DNA from: Acidobacteriota bacterium
GTDB taxonomy: Bacteria; Acidobacteriota; UBA890; WLXD01
Reading direction: 5' to 3'
NCBI GenBank assembly: GCA_963666055.2
Contig: CAXWPH010000015.1
Location: 1,440,001-1,504,000 of the forward strand
Length of the DNA: 64,000 nucleotides
Part shown: piece after piece, positions 29,323-39,789 of the stretch
How positions within the stretch are numbered: the first letter of the stretch is position 1
How the letters are laid out: each line of letters opens with the position of its first letter
The notes under the pieces: generated by a model
Seen by the model: the letters and a program-made list of their open reading frames with translations, nothing else
The model's database searches: none
Told to the model about the DNA's origin: nothing
Program-made: the position numbers and the translations under genes

Positions 29323-32322
29323 ATGAGCGCGACCACCGGATCTCGAGCATCCGACGACGCCAGCCGTCGCCGCGCCGCCGGCACGCGGGGGTCGCGTATC
29401 GGTGACTCGGCGCTGGCGGCGCGGCTGCGTGGCGAGTTGGAGGGCGAGGTGCGCTTCGGCGCGCTCGATCGTGGGCTCTACTCCACCGACGCCTCGATCT
29501 ACCAGATCGAGCCGCTCGGCGTGGTGGTGCCCAAGAGCACCGACGACGTGGTTGCGACGCTGTCGATCGCCCGCGACGAAGGCGTACCGGTGTTGCCACG
29601 CGGCGCCGGAACATCGCAGGGAGGACAGGCGATTGGCGAAGCGATCATCATCGATACGAGCAAGTATCTGCGCGCCGTCCGGCGACTCGATGCCGAAGGG
29701 CGGCGGGTGGTGGTTGAACCCGGCGTCGTGCTCGATGAGCTGAACCGGGCGTTGCGTCCGTCCGGGCTGTTCTTCCCGGTGGATGTTGCCACTTCGAGCC
29801 GGGCGACCCTCGGCGGTATGGCGGGCAACAACAGCGCCGGCGCACGGTCGATCCGCTACGGGCTGATGGTCGACAACGTGCGCGCCATCGAGGCCACGCT
29901 CGCCGATGGCTCGCATGCCTGGTTCGGCCCATCGGGCTCAAGGCCGGCGAGCGATCGCGCCGCAGGCGCCGCGCCCGACGCCCGCCACACCGACCTGCGC
30001 CACAGCGCGCCGGTCGAGCTGACTCGAGCCATCGCGGCCGTGCACCGGAGCCACGCCGCCGCCATCGAGCGCGTTGCGCCGCGCGTGCTGCGCCACGTGG
30101 CCGGCTACAACCTGACGCGCATCGATGACCGCGCCTCGAACCTGGCGCCGTTGCTCATCGGATCCGAGGGCACCCTGGCCTTCTTCACCCGGCTGGAGCT
30201 CGACCTCCAGCCGATTCCGGCCCACAAGGTTCTGGGCGTATGTCATTTCGCGACGTTTCGTGCCGCAATGCAGGCGGTGCAGCACCTCGTCGAGCTGGGG
30301 CCTGCGGCTGTGGAGCTGCTCGATCACAAGCTCATCGAGCTGGCGCGTGCACGCCCGGCCTTCCGCGGCCCGTTGTCGCGCTTCGTGCAGGGGGAGCCCG
30401 GAGCGTTGCTGCTCGTCGAGTTCGCCGGCGACGACCTCGATGAGCTGCGGCGCAGCCTCGGCCGGCTCGACGAGCTCATGGGACAGCTTGGCCACCCCGA
30501 CGCTGTGCACCGGGCGATCGAGCCCGCCGCGCAGGCCGAGATCTGGAGCGTGCGCAAGGCGGGCCTGAACATCGCGATGTCGATGAAGGGCGACGCCAAG
30601 CCGGTGTCGTTCGTCGAGGATTGCGCCGTGCCTCTCGAGCACCTCGACGACTACACCGCCGAGCTCGGCGACATCTTCGCGCGTCACGGCGTCGAGGGCA
30701 CCTGGTACGCGCATGCCTCGGTGGGCTGCCTGCACGTGCGGCCGACGTTGAACCTCAAGGAGGTCGGCGAGGTGGCGAAAATGCGCAGCATCGCCGAGGC
30801 CACTCATGCGCTGGTGCGCAAGTTCGGTGGCTCGCACTCCGGCGAGCACGGCGACGGGTTGGTGCGTAGCGAGTTCCTGGGTTCGATGCTCGGGCAGGAG
30901 GCGGTCGATGCCTTCGAACAGGTGAAATCTGCCTTCGACCCCACCGGTCTGTTCAACCCCGGCAAGATCGTGCATCCGCCACGCATGGACGATCGCCGTC
31001 TGTTCCGTTACCGGCCGGATTACGCCACTGTCTCGCCGCTGACGGCGATGCAATGGCCCGACGCCGGCGGCCTGCCTGGCGCTGTCGAGATGTGCAACAA
31101 CAACGGCGCCTGTCGTCAGTTGGTGGGGTCGATGTGCCCTTCGTATCAGGCGACGCTCGACGAAACCCACACCACGCGTGGCCGCGCCAATGCGCTCCGC
31201 CTGGCGCTCAGCGGGCAGCTCGGCGCGCCAGGGCTCGATTCGAAGACGCTGTACGAGGCGCTCGACCTGTGCGTTGGCTGCAAGGCGTGTCGTCGCGAGT
31301 GCCCTACCGGGGTCGACATGGCGCGCATGAAGATCGAGTTCCTGAGTGCCTACCGCGCTCGTCACGGTGTGCCGGTGCGCGAGCGTCTGTTCGCCTACCT
31401 GCCGCGTTACGCGCCGATCGCATGCCGGCTCGGTGCGGCCTCCCGTGCGGCCGACTGGCGACCGGCCCGCTGGCTGATGGAGAAGGTCATCGGAGTCTCT
31501 TCCCAGCGGCGGCTGCCGGTGTTCAAGCGCGAGCCGCTGTGCCCGAGTGGCCGCACGGCCGGTAACTCGACGCGACGAGCGGCCCTGTTCGTCGACACGT
31601 TCAGCAGGCACTTCGAGCCCGAGAACGCGCGCGCCACAATCCGTGTGCTGCGCGCCGCCGGCTACGACGTGGAGCTGATTGAGCCGCCCGCCGGTGAGCG
31701 GCCGCTGTGCTGCGGACGCACGTTCCTGAGCGCCGGGCTCACCGACGAGGCGCGCGTTGAGGGTGAACGGCTGCTCGCCGCCACGTTGCCGTTGGTGCGC
31801 GACGGGGTGCCGGTGGTGGGCATCGAGCCATCCTGCTTACTGACCCTTCGCGACGAGCTTCCGGCTCTTGTGCCTGGCGCCGAGAGCGAGTCGCTGAGCG
31901 CCTCCGCCGTGCTCTTTGAGGAGCTGTTGATGGCCGGAGTCGCCGCCGGCGATGTTGATTTGCAGCTCGGCAGGTCGCCGGCGCGGCGCGCCCTGGTGCA
32001 TGGCCACTGCCACCGCAAGGCGTTTGGCGCCCTGCAGCCGATGATCGAGGCGCTGCGTCTGGTACCCGATCTGAAGGTCGATCTCATCGCCGCCGGCTGT
32101 TGCGGCATGGCGGGCTCGTTCGGCTACGAGGCCGAGCACGTCGACGTGTCGATGCGCATGGCGGAGCTGGCGTTGTTGCCGCAGATTCGGCAGGCTGAGC
32201 ACGACACTTGGATCATCGCCGACGGCACCAGCTGCCGCCGGCAGATACTCGATGGCACGGGCCGTGAGGCTATCCACCCAGCGGTGGCGCTGGATCGTGC
32301 CCTGCCCACCCAAGAAGCCTGA
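29323..32322 (+). CDS. FAD-linked oxidase fused to Fe-S/CCG domains (GlcD+GlcF or D-lactate dehydrogenase-like)
   Basis: YSTDASIY, PRGAGTS, GEHGDG, CNNNGAC, CVGCKACRREC, CCGR, CCGMAGSFG. Confidence 0.92.
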   Translation: MSATTGSRASDDASRRRAAGTRGSRIGDSALAARLRGELEGEVRFGALDRGLYSTDASIYQIEPLGVVVPKSTDDVVATLSIARDEGVPVLPRGAGTSQGGQAIGEAIIIDTSKYLRAVRRLDAEGRRVVVEPGVVLDELNRALRPSGLFFPVDVATSSRATLGGMAGNNSAGARSIRYGLMVDNVRAIEATLADGSHAWFGPSGSRPASDRAAGAAPDARHTDLRHSAPVELTRAIAAVHRSHAAAIERVAPRVLRHVAGYNLTRIDDRASNLAPLLIGSEGTLAFFTRLELDLQPIPAHKVLGVCHFATFRAAMQAVQHLVELGPAAVELLDHKLIELARARPAFRGPLSRFVQGEPGALLLVEFAGDDLDELRRSLGRLDELMGQLGHPDAVHRAIEPAAQAEIWSVRKAGLNIAMSMKGDAKPVSFVEDCAVPLEHLDDYTAELGDIFARHGVEGTWYAHASVGCLHVRPTLNLKEVGEVAKMRSIAEATHALVRKFGGSHSGEHGDGLVRSEFLGSMLGQEAVDAFEQVKSAFDPTGLFNPGKIVHPPRMDDRRLFRYRPDYATVSPLTAMQWPDAGGLPGAVEMCNNNGACRQLVGSMCPSYQATLDETHTTRGRANALRLALSGQLGAPGLDSKTLYEALDLCVGCKACRRECPTGVDMARMKIEFLSAYRARHGVPVRERLFAYLPRYAPIACRLGAASRAADWRPARWLMEKVIGVSSQRRLPVFKREPLCPSGRTAGNSTRRAALFVDTFSRHFEPENARATIRVLRAAGYDVELIEPPAGERPLCCGRTFLSAGLTDEARVEGERLLAATLPLVRDGVPVVGIEPSCLLTLRDELPALVPGAESESLSASAVLFEELLMAGVAAGDVDLQLGRSPARRALVHGHCHRKAFGALQPMIEALRLVPDLKVDLIAAGCCGMAGSFGYEAEHVDVSMRMAELALLPQIRQAEHDTWIIADGTSCRRQILDGTGREAIHPAVALDRALPTQEA

Positions 32323-32332
32323 GGAGGGTTCC

Positions 32333-33301
32333 ATGAGACCGACGATCGCCGTGCTGGTGCTGGCGTTGAGTGCCTGCGCGCCCGCCCCCGCCCCCCAGCA
32401 GAACGAGCCGGAGGGTACACCGCCGTGGGACTGGACCGAGGAGTACATCCGCGAGGGAGTCAACCGGGTGCGCGCCGGCCGCGACTTGACTCCGAGCGAG
32501 TGGCCCGGCGGCGCGCGTGTTGCCGTGCTGCTGTCGTTCGACGTCGACAACGAGACTGTCGAAGGCCTGCGCGACGGTACGTTCAGCGTCGGCCCCCTGT
32601 CGCAGGGTGAGTACGGGTCGCGGGTGGCCCTGCCGCGCATCGTCGAGCTGATGGACCGCGAGGAGATCCCGGCAACGTTCTTCTTCCCCGCCTGGAGCCT
32701 GAAGCTGGCCCCCCAGCAAGCCGAGCTGATCCAGGCGTCCGGCCGCCACGAGATCGGTGTCCACGGTTGGATTCACGAGCGCAACACACAGCTCGACGCC
32801 GCCACCGAGCGCCGTCTGCTCGAGCAGGCGGTCGACGCGATCACCGAGATCACCGGAACCCGACCGGTCGGATACCGAGCTCCGTCGTGGAACTTGAGCC
32901 CGGCAACGCTCGATATCGTGCGCGATCTGGGCCTGCTGTACGAGAGCTCGCTGATGGCCGACGATCGGCCCTACGAGCTCATGGCCAACGGCGAGCCCAC
33001 CGGCATGGTCGAGCTGCCGGTGGAGTGGATTCTCGACGACGCACCGCTGTTCGATCCGCTCGGCGGTCGCTACAGCCCGCCGCGCGACGTCATGCAGGTG
33101 TGGATCGACGAGTTCGACGTGGCCTGGGAGGAGGGCACCATGCTGCTGCTCACCATGCACCCGCACATCACCGCCCACCGCTCGCGGATCGTCGCGCTCA
33201 AGGGCCTGATCGAGCACATCAAGGAGCGCGGCGGCGCCTGGTTCGCAACCCACGAGGCGGCGGCACGGTACGTCAGGCAGCAGGCAGGAATGGACAGCTA
33301 G
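32333..33301 (+). CDS. Polysaccharide deacetylase (CE4) lipoprotein
   Basis: LSAC lipobox; SFDVD, HEIGVHGWIHE, GYRAP, TMHP. Confidence 0.88.
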   Translation: MRPTIAVLVLALSACAPAPAPQQNEPEGTPPWDWTEEYIREGVNRVRAGRDLTPSEWPGGARVAVLLSFDVDNETVEGLRDGTFSVGPLSQGEYGSRVALPRIVELMDREEIPATFFFPAWSLKLAPQQAELIQASGRHEIGVHGWIHERNTQLDAATERRLLEQAVDAITEITGTRPVGYRAPSWNLSPATLDIVRDLGLLYESSLMADDRPYELMANGEPTGMVELPVEWILDDAPLFDPLGGRYSPPRDVMQVWIDEFDVAWEEGTMLLLTMHPHITAHRSRIVALKGLIEHIKERGGAWFATHEAAARYVRQQAGMDS

Positions 33302-33328
33302 TCGGACGGCCCCTTGCAGCCCTGGGGT

Positions 33329-33745
33329 CTACAGTCCGAGTACTGAAAAGCCGTTGGCCCGGGCGGCGAGGCCCTGTCGCGCATCGTGGGTCGCGAACAC
33401 CAGGGCCGCGTCGCGCTGCTCTCGAAACAGCAGCGCGCTCGACAGATGAAGCGCGTCGAGCGTCCCCAGCGAGGTCGCCATTGGCTGGCCGGCGCGACGA
33501 AGCACCGATGGCGTGATGCGAATCCAACCCAGCGACTGCTCGATCCAGCCGAGCTGTTCATGCGCTTGGGCGACCCCGTCGTCGTCGAGTGCCCCCTGGA
33601 GCCGCAACCGATCGATTACCCGACGCGACTCCACGCCAAGGAGCTCGCTGCTGTAGGCAGTCTCCCACTCCTCGAAGTCGCTGATCGCACCATGTTGACC
33701 GAGAGCGATGCGGAGAATGACGCTCGTATCGACGTAGACGATCAC
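33329..33745 (-). CDS. vapC: VapC PIN-domain toxin
   Basis: VYVDTSVIL..TLDALHLSSA..FATHD. Confidence 0.9.
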   Translation of the reverse strand: MIVYVDTSVILRIALGQHGAISDFEEWETAYSSELLGVESRRVIDRLRLQGALDDDGVAQAHEQLGWIEQSLGWIRITPSVLRRAGQPMATSLGTLDALHLSSALLFREQRDAALVFATHDARQGLAARANGFSVLGL

Positions 33746-33999
33746 CGTCGAGCGCGATCCTCCCGGAGCATCTCGATCGGATCGACCGTCTTCAGCAAGC
33801 GCACCGGCTTGCAGTCGGCGATCTTGGTTGGCCTCCGCTTCGCCTCGTCGACGTCGAGATCGGTTGATCTTGAGTCCAGCGGAACCAGGCGAGCCACCGG
33901 GGTGCGCCGATCGCATACCACTATTGTCTCGCCGCGGCGAACGGCGGCCAGGTAGGCGCTGAGCTTTGCCTTGAGCTCGGAAGTGTTTACCATCGTCAT
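33742..33999 (-). CDS. Phd/YefM family antitoxin
   Basis: ELKAKLSAYL..VRRGETIVV..PVARLVP. Confidence 0.9.
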   Translation of the reverse strand: MTMVNTSELKAKLSAYLAAVRRGETIVVCDRRTPVARLVPLDSRSTDLDVDEAKRRPTKIADCKPVRLLKTVDPIEMLREDRARR

Positions 34000-34010
34000 G
34001 ACTAGATGAT

Positions 34011-34024
34011 GACTATATATAGTC
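34011..34024. promoter_or_regulatory. Perfect 14-bp palindrome, probable Phd operator
   Basis: GACTATATATAGTC lies between a minus-strand TTGCAC -35-like hexamer and the antitoxin ATG. Confidence 0.65.
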
Positions 34025-34050
34025 TAATTGTGCAAGGCTCGTCGACAGCG

Positions 34051-34761
34051 TCACGCTCCGAGCAAGTTATATGCGACGGCCGCCAGCACCCCGCCTGCCA
34101 CCGGACCGAGCACCGGAATCCAGGCGTAGCCCCAGTCGCTGTCGCGCTTGCCGGGGATCGGCAGCAGCGCGTGCATGATGCGCGGCGCCAGGTCGCGGGC
34201 CGGGTTGATGGCGTAGCCGGTGGTGCCACCCAGCGACATCCCGATCGCTAGCACAACCAGGCCGACCGGTAACGCGTCGAGCGCCCCGAGCCCCACTTCC
34301 GGAGCGCTCAGATACAGCACCGCGAACACCAGCACGAAGGTGCCGATGACCTCGGAGATGAAGTTCGAGAGCGGATTACGAATCTCCGGCCCGGTACAGA
34401 ACACTGCGAGCTTCAGATCGCCGCTCTCGGTGGCTGGGAAATGGTCACGGTAGTGGAGCCACACGAGCGCGGCGCCGATGGCCGCACCGATCATCTGCGC
34501 CGCAATAAAGCCGGGCACGTCTGCCCAAGGGAAGTTGCCGGCTGCTGCCAGCCCGAGCGTCACCGCCGGGTTGATGTGCGCGCCGCTGAAACGCCCCACC
34601 ACGAACACGGCCACGAATACCGCCATGCCCCAGCCCATGCTGATGACCATCCAGCCCGACTCGGCACCCTTGGTGCGTCGCAGGACGACGTTGGCGACTA
34701 CACCATCGCCCAGCAGCAACAACAGCGCGGTTCCGACGATCTCGGCGGTGAATGGGCTCAT
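34051..34761 (-). CDS. glpF: MIP family aquaglyceroporin
   Basis: SGAHINPAVT and GYAINPARD (Asp after the second NPA-R marks the glycerol-facilitator type). Confidence 0.92.
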   Translation of the reverse strand: MSPFTAEIVGTALLLLLGDGVVANVVLRRTKGAESGWMVISMGWGMAVFVAVFVVGRFSGAHINPAVTLGLAAAGNFPWADVPGFIAAQMIGAAIGAALVWLHYRDHFPATESGDLKLAVFCTGPEIRNPLSNFISEVIGTFVLVFAVLYLSAPEVGLGALDALPVGLVVLAIGMSLGGTTGYAINPARDLAPRIMHALLPIPGKRDSDWGYAWIPVLGPVAGGVLAAVAYNLLGA

Positions 34762-34905
34762 GCGGTTCGCCTCGGGTTGGGCGGTGATGGACGGAGGAGC
34801 GAAAGTGTATTGGAAGCGCCTCCGGAGCACGGCAGCGGACCCCGGGAGCGCTTCGCCACCGCCTGCTAGACTCTCGCCCCGGAATCAAAACCAGGGAGTC
34901 GAGCG

Positions 34906-36042
34906 ATGAAGATCGAGCAGTTCGAGATGGAGCGGACCCAGTCGCTCTACGAGAATGCCGTCCAATACAACCTCTCCGAGAGCGGCGTGCGGCCGCTGCG
35001 CACCGATGAGCTGCTGCCGCCCAAGGAGCTTGCGGAGCTCGCGGCAACGCCACTCTGCTACCCGGAGGGGATGGGCTCGGATTTGTTGCGTGAGCGCATC
35101 GCGCTGTTCTACGACAACGCTACGATGGCGAACGTAGTGGTCACCAACGGCGGCTCCGAGGCCAACCACATCACCCTGTGGGGCCTGGTGGAGGAAGGGG
35201 CTCGGGTTGCCTGCATGATTCCGAACTATCTCCAGACCTGGGGCCTGGCGCGGGCCTATGCTGAGCGCGCCGACGCGTTCTACCTGGTCGAGTCAGCTGA
35301 CCGCTCCCGCTGGGAGCTGGATCTCGACAGCCTCGCCGCGGCGGTCTCGCCGGATACCGGCCTGATCATCGTCACCAACCCCAACAACCCGACAGGGGGT
35401 GTGCTCAACGAGGCCGAGCTCGAGTCTGTCGTCGAGGCGGCGCGGCGCGCCGGTGCCTGGCTGGTGTTCGACGAGATCTATCGTGGCGCCGAGGTCGAGG
35501 GTGATACTGCGCCCAGCGCCTGGGGCAGCTACGACAAGCTGATCATCACGTCGGGGCTTTCGAAGGCCTTTGCGATGCCCGGCCTGCGGGTGGGCTGGGC
35601 GGTGGCGCCGGAGCAGGCGATCGAGCAGCTGTGCTGGTACCGCGACTACACCACCCTCACCCCGAACATGCTGTCGGATCGCCTGGCACGCGTCGCCATG
35701 GAGCCGACCAAGCGCGATGAGATCCTCGACCGCAGCAAGACGATCATCCGGGCGCAGCTGCCCCGGCTGGTGCAGTGGGTGGCGAGTCACGACGAGCTCA
35801 ACATGATCCCGCCGGTGGCGGCGGCCATCGGCATGGTTGGCTTCGACCTGCCGATCGAATCCACCGAGCTGTTCGACAAGCTGCGGATCGAGCAATCGGT
35901 GCTGATCACGCCCGGGGCCCACTTCGGGATTGGCGATTACATCCGCGTCGGCTACGGCTACGACATCGAGCGGACGGTCGAGGGCCTGGCTCGCATCGAC
36001 GAGACGCTCGCTCAGCTGCAGCCGGCGGCCGCTGTTCGATGA
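34906..36042 (+). CDS. Class I/II PLP aminotransferase
   Basis: [35 protein letters not shown]. Confidence 0.92.
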   Translation: MKIEQFEMERTQSLYENAVQYNLSESGVRPLRTDELLPPKELAELAATPLCYPEGMGSDLLRERIALFYDNATMANVVVTNGGSEANHITLWGLVEEGARVACMIPNYLQTWGLARAYAERADAFYLVESADRSRWELDLDSLAAAVSPDTGLIIVTNPNNPTGGVLNEAELESVVEAARRAGAWLVFDEIYRGAEVEGDTAPSAWGSYDKLIITSGLSKAFAMPGLRVGWAVAPEQAIEQLCWYRDYTTLTPNMLSDRLARVAMEPTKRDEILDRSKTIIRAQLPRLVQWVASHDELNMIPPVAAAIGMVGFDLPIESTELFDKLRIEQSVLITPGAHFGIGDYIRVGYGYDIERTVEGLARIDETLAQLQPAAAVR

Positions 36043-36821
36043 ACCTCGACGGCAAGGTCGTCGTCGTTACCGGAGGGGCGAGTGGTATCGGGCGCGCGCT
36101 GTGTCGGCGCTTCGCTGCCGAAGGGGCGCGAGGCGTTGTCGTCGCCGACCGAGCCGCGGATGGTGCCGCCGAGGTGGCCGGGGAGATCGGTGGCCTGGCG
36201 GTGACGGCGGATGTCGGCGTTGAAGAGCAGGTACAGCGCATCGTGGCCGAGGCGCGCCAGCGATACGGTGAGATCGATCTGTTTTGCTGCAACGCCGGCG
36301 TGTTTAGCGAAGGCGGAGTGGAGGTCAGCGATGAGGAGTGGAAGCGCGTCTGGGACGTCAACTTCATGTCGATCGTCTACGCCGCCCGGGCGCTCCTACC
36401 GTCGATGCTCGAGCGCGGCAACGGTGCGTTCTTGATCACCGCTTCGGCTGCCGGCCTGCTCACCCAGGTTGGCTCGGCGCCCTACTCGGTGACCAAGCAC
36501 GCCGCTTTGTCGCTGGCGGAGTGGCTGTCGATGACCCACGCCGACGATGGCATCGAGGTATTCTGCCTGTGCCCGCAGGGGGTGAACACGGCCATGATGA
36601 GGGAATTCGAGGCCGACTCCGCCATCGGCGCGTATCTGAAGAGCGTGGCCCTGGAGCCCGATGATGTGGCTGGCGCGGTGATCGACGCCATGGCCGCCGG
36701 ACAGTTCCTGGTGTTGCCACACCCCGAGGTCGCCGATTTCTTTCAACGCAAGGCGGCCGACTACGACCGCTGGCTTGGCGGTATGCGTCGCTTCCAGGCC
36801 AGCGTAGGGTCGAACGCCTGA
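36039..36821 (+). CDS. SDR family oxidoreductase
   Basis: [16 protein letters not shown]. Confidence 0.93.
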   Translation: MNLDGKVVVVTGGASGIGRALCRRFAAEGARGVVVADRAADGAAEVAGEIGGLAVTADVGVEEQVQRIVAEARQRYGEIDLFCCNAGVFSEGGVEVSDEEWKRVWDVNFMSIVYAARALLPSMLERGNGAFLITASAAGLLTQVGSAPYSVTKHAALSLAEWLSMTHADDGIEVFCLCPQGVNTAMMREFEADSAIGAYLKSVALEPDDVAGAVIDAMAAGQFLVLPHPEVADFFQRKAADYDRWLGGMRRFQASVGSNA

Positions 36822-36891
36822 CCCCTAGACCCGAGTCCAGAAACACTCGAACCAAGCTCGAAGCGTCAGGCGCGAGCGAACGGAGCGAAAC

Positions 36892-38166
36892 GTGAAGCTG
36901 ACACGCCTCCTTGCAGGAACCTTGCTGCTGGCCCTGGTCGCCGCGCCTGTCTGGGCGCAGGGACTACCGATGTCCTCGCCGGAAAATGTGGGGCTGTCGA
37001 GCGCGCGGCTCGAGCGCATCGGTCCGTTCCTTCAGCGGCATATCGACAAGGACCTCATCTCCGGATCGGTGGTCATGGTGGCCCGCAACGGACGGGTCGC
37101 CTACCACGAGGCATTCGGTGAGCTCGACATGGATGCCGACACGCCGATGACCAAGGACTCGATCTTCCGCATCTACTCGATGACCAAGCCCATTACCTCC
37201 CTAGCGGTGATGATGCTCTGGGAGGAGGGCCTGTTCCTGCTCAACGATCCGGTGTCGAAGTACATTCCCGAGCTCGGCGGGTTGCAGGTGGGCACGGACG
37301 GAGTCGGCGCCGATGGTCGGCCGGAGTTCAACACCGTGCGCTCGAGCCGCGACATGACGGTTCGCGATCTGCTGCGCCATACCTCCGGCTTGACGTACGG
37401 GATCTTTGGCGCCTCCACCGTCGACGAGATGTACAACGAACAGGAGCTGCTCGATTCGGCGTCGTTGACCGAGTTCGTCGACAAGCTGAGCAAGTTGCCG
37501 CTGCGCTACGACCCGGGCACGACGTGGAACTACAGCGTGTCCACCGATGTGCTGGGTCGTTTCGTCGAAGTGATCTCGGGCATGCCGTTCGATCAGTTCC
37601 TCGAGGAGCGCATCTTCCTGCCGTTGGAGATGAACGACACCGCGTTCTGGGTGCCGGAGAGCAAAGCCCACCGACTGACGACGCTCTATACGCCAAACGG
37701 TCCTGACGACCTCACGCTGAAGGAAATGGAGACCGACGCTGTTGCACGCGACTATCGCGAGCCCCCGCCGGCGCCCTCGGGAGGCGGGGGGCTGCTGTCG
37801 ACCGCGACCGACTATGTGCGTTTTTGCCAGATGCTGCTCAACGGCGGTGAGCTCGGCGGCGTCAGGTTGCTCGGCTCGCACACCGTCGAGATGATGACGC
37901 AAGACCATCTTGGCGACATCGAGATGGGCCTGGGCGCGGAAGGCCACGGTTTCGGCCTCGGCTTCATGATCAATGCCGAGCCCGGCTTGGTTGGTGGCAC
38001 CGCCCACGAGGGCACCTACTCGTGGGGCGGATACGCGCACACCCGCTTCTGGGTCGATCCCGTGGATGACTTGATCGGGATCTTCATGATCCAGATCCTG
38101 CCGTCATCGGCGGTGGACTACGGCGAGAAGTTCAAGAGCCTGGTCTACCAGTCGATCCTGGAGTAA
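36892..38166 (+). CDS. Serine hydrolase, beta-lactamase class C-like, secreted
   Basis: FRIYSMTK, LLRHTSGL, WGG. Confidence 0.92.
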   Translation: MKLTRLLAGTLLLALVAAPVWAQGLPMSSPENVGLSSARLERIGPFLQRHIDKDLISGSVVMVARNGRVAYHEAFGELDMDADTPMTKDSIFRIYSMTKPITSLAVMMLWEEGLFLLNDPVSKYIPELGGLQVGTDGVGADGRPEFNTVRSSRDMTVRDLLRHTSGLTYGIFGASTVDEMYNEQELLDSASLTEFVDKLSKLPLRYDPGTTWNYSVSTDVLGRFVEVISGMPFDQFLEERIFLPLEMNDTAFWVPESKAHRLTTLYTPNGPDDLTLKEMETDAVARDYREPPPAPSGGGGLLSTATDYVRFCQMLLNGGELGGVRLLGSHTVEMMTQDHLGDIEMGLGAEGHGFGLGFMINAEPGLVGGTAHEGTYSWGGYAHTRFWVDPVDDLIGIFMIQILPSSAVDYGEKFKSLVYQSILE

Positions 38167-38203
38167 CGCAGCGCCGGCCCGCGACACGATGGCCGGCGTT
38201 GGT

Positions 38204-39349
38204 CTAGCCGGCAGTTTTCTTGCGCGGCACGAACGGGGTGGGGATGACGGTCGCCTGAGCCTCGCCGAACGGGCCTCGGACGGTAAAGGTCGAGCCCTTA
38301 TCGGCAAGCGCGATGGGGATGTTGGCGAAGCCGATGTTCTTGTCCAGTCGCGGCGAGTGGATACAACGGGTGATGTGCCCGATCTGCTCGTCGCCGTCGA
38401 CGATCGACAGCCATTCCTCGTTGAGGCGAGGCAGCGGGTCACCGTCGATCTTCACTCCCACCAGCCGGCGCTTTACCCCCTCCGCGGCGATGCGCTTCAG
38501 GGCTTCCTTGCCGATGAAGTCGGCCTCCTGCTCCAGGTCGACGAGGCGCTCGTAGCCCAGCGTGAAAGGGCTGTCGGCGAGCGTGATGTCGGAACGGTAG
38601 TCGAGGTTGCCGGCCTCGATGCTGCGGATCGCCGAGGGACAGGTGGCGGCGATGTCCCACTCGGCGCCCGCCGCCATGATCATCTCCCACAGCTCGTCGC
38701 CGCGATCGCCGCTGTGCGGCAGGATCTCGAAGCCGAACTCGCCGCTCCAGCCTGTACGCGCGAGCACCAGCGGGATGCCGTCGAGCTCGGTCTCGCGCAG
38801 GCGGTAGAAGCCCAGCTCCCCGGCCAAGTCGCCGAAGAGCTTTCGGGCCACGTGAATCGAGCTCGGACCCTGCAACTGCATCGGCCAGACGTCCGGCTCG
38901 CGTACCGTCACGTTCATGCCCGAGCTGACGGCGGCGCCCATTGCCCACAGCAATGTGTCGCCGTCGCCGGGCGAGAACCAGAAGCGATCCTCCGCCAGTC
39001 GATACAGCACCGCGTCGTTGACGATGCCGCCGGCCTCGTTGGTGAGCAGCACGTACTTGCACTGCCCGATTTCGCAGCTCGCCAGGTTGCGCGGCGTCAG
39101 ATACTGGGTGAAGCGGGCTGCGTCGGGGCCGCTGATCTCGACCTGACGTTGGCAGCCGACGTCCCACAGGGTGACGGTTTTCACCAGCTTCCAGTACTCA
39201 TCGACGGCGTCGGTGTACCAGATGGGCAGCAAGATGTGGTTGTAGATCGAGAAGCCCTTGGCCCCCCAGCGCCGGGTGGCATCGAAGTACGGTGACTTGC
39301 GAACCCGCGGTCCGATGGCAATCTGGGCGGCGAAGCCATCGTCGGTCAT
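38204..39349 (-). CDS. GcvT-family aminomethyltransferase, DmdA-like
   Basis: RKSPYF..IYNHILLP..LWDVGCQRQVEISGPDA, RTGWSGEFGFEI. Confidence 0.85.
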   Translation of the reverse strand: MTDDGFAAQIAIGPRVRKSPYFDATRRWGAKGFSIYNHILLPIWYTDAVDEYWKLVKTVTLWDVGCQRQVEISGPDAARFTQYLTPRNLASCEIGQCKYVLLTNEAGGIVNDAVLYRLAEDRFWFSPGDGDTLLWAMGAAVSSGMNVTVREPDVWPMQLQGPSSIHVARKLFGDLAGELGFYRLRETELDGIPLVLARTGWSGEFGFEILPHSGDRGDELWEMIMAAGAEWDIAATCPSAIRSIEAGNLDYRSDITLADSPFTLGYERLVDLEQEADFIGKEALKRIAAEGVKRRLVGVKIDGDPLPRLNEEWLSIVDGDEQIGHITRCIHSPRLDKNIGFANIPIALADKGSTFTVRGPFGEAQATVIPTPFVPRKKTAG

Positions 39350-39369
39350 GGTGTCTCCTATCGGCGGCG

Positions 39370-39789
39370 CTACTCGAGCGCGCCGGGCGGTCCCGGATCG
39401 GTAATCATGAAGCTGGCGTGGCACTGGGCAACGAGGCTGCCATCGTCGGCGCGCAGGGCGCGTCCCTCCAGCTGTGCCAGCTTGCCTCTCAACTTGGTCA
39501 GTCGCCCCTCGAGCAACACGTCGGTACCGGTTGGCAACGGCTGCCGATAGCGCATCTCGCAGCGCGCCGTGTGGCCGCGCGCGCCGCGCAGGAAAAGCCA
39601 GTTGGCCATGACGTCGTCGAGCGCGCTGTAAAGAATGCCGCCGTGCGTCTGGCCGTCAAAGCCGCAGTGGTTGTCGCCCGGGGTGAACTCGCCGCGGCAG
39701 ACCTCGTCGTCGAGACGAAAACGGATTCCGAGCCCGATCGGATTGTCGGGGCCGCAGACGAAGCAGCGTGGCGCGTCGGCTCTGGACAC
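39370..39789 (-). CDS. PaaI family thioesterase
   Basis: CFVCGPDNPIGL, HGGILYSALDDVM. Confidence 0.88.
   Translation of the reverse strand: MSRADAPRCFVCGPDNPIGLGIRFRLDDEVCRGEFTPGDNHCGFDGQTHGGILYSALDDVMANWLFLRGARGHTARCEMRYRQPLPTGTDVLLEGRLTKLRGKLAQLEGRALRADDGSLVAQCHASFMITDPGPPGALE

Noticed and set aside
36825-36891. Possible further MITE remnant (CTAGACCCGAGTC...AGGCGCGAGCG)
   Set aside because: Similarity to the MITE core is only about 7-10 bp, within chance
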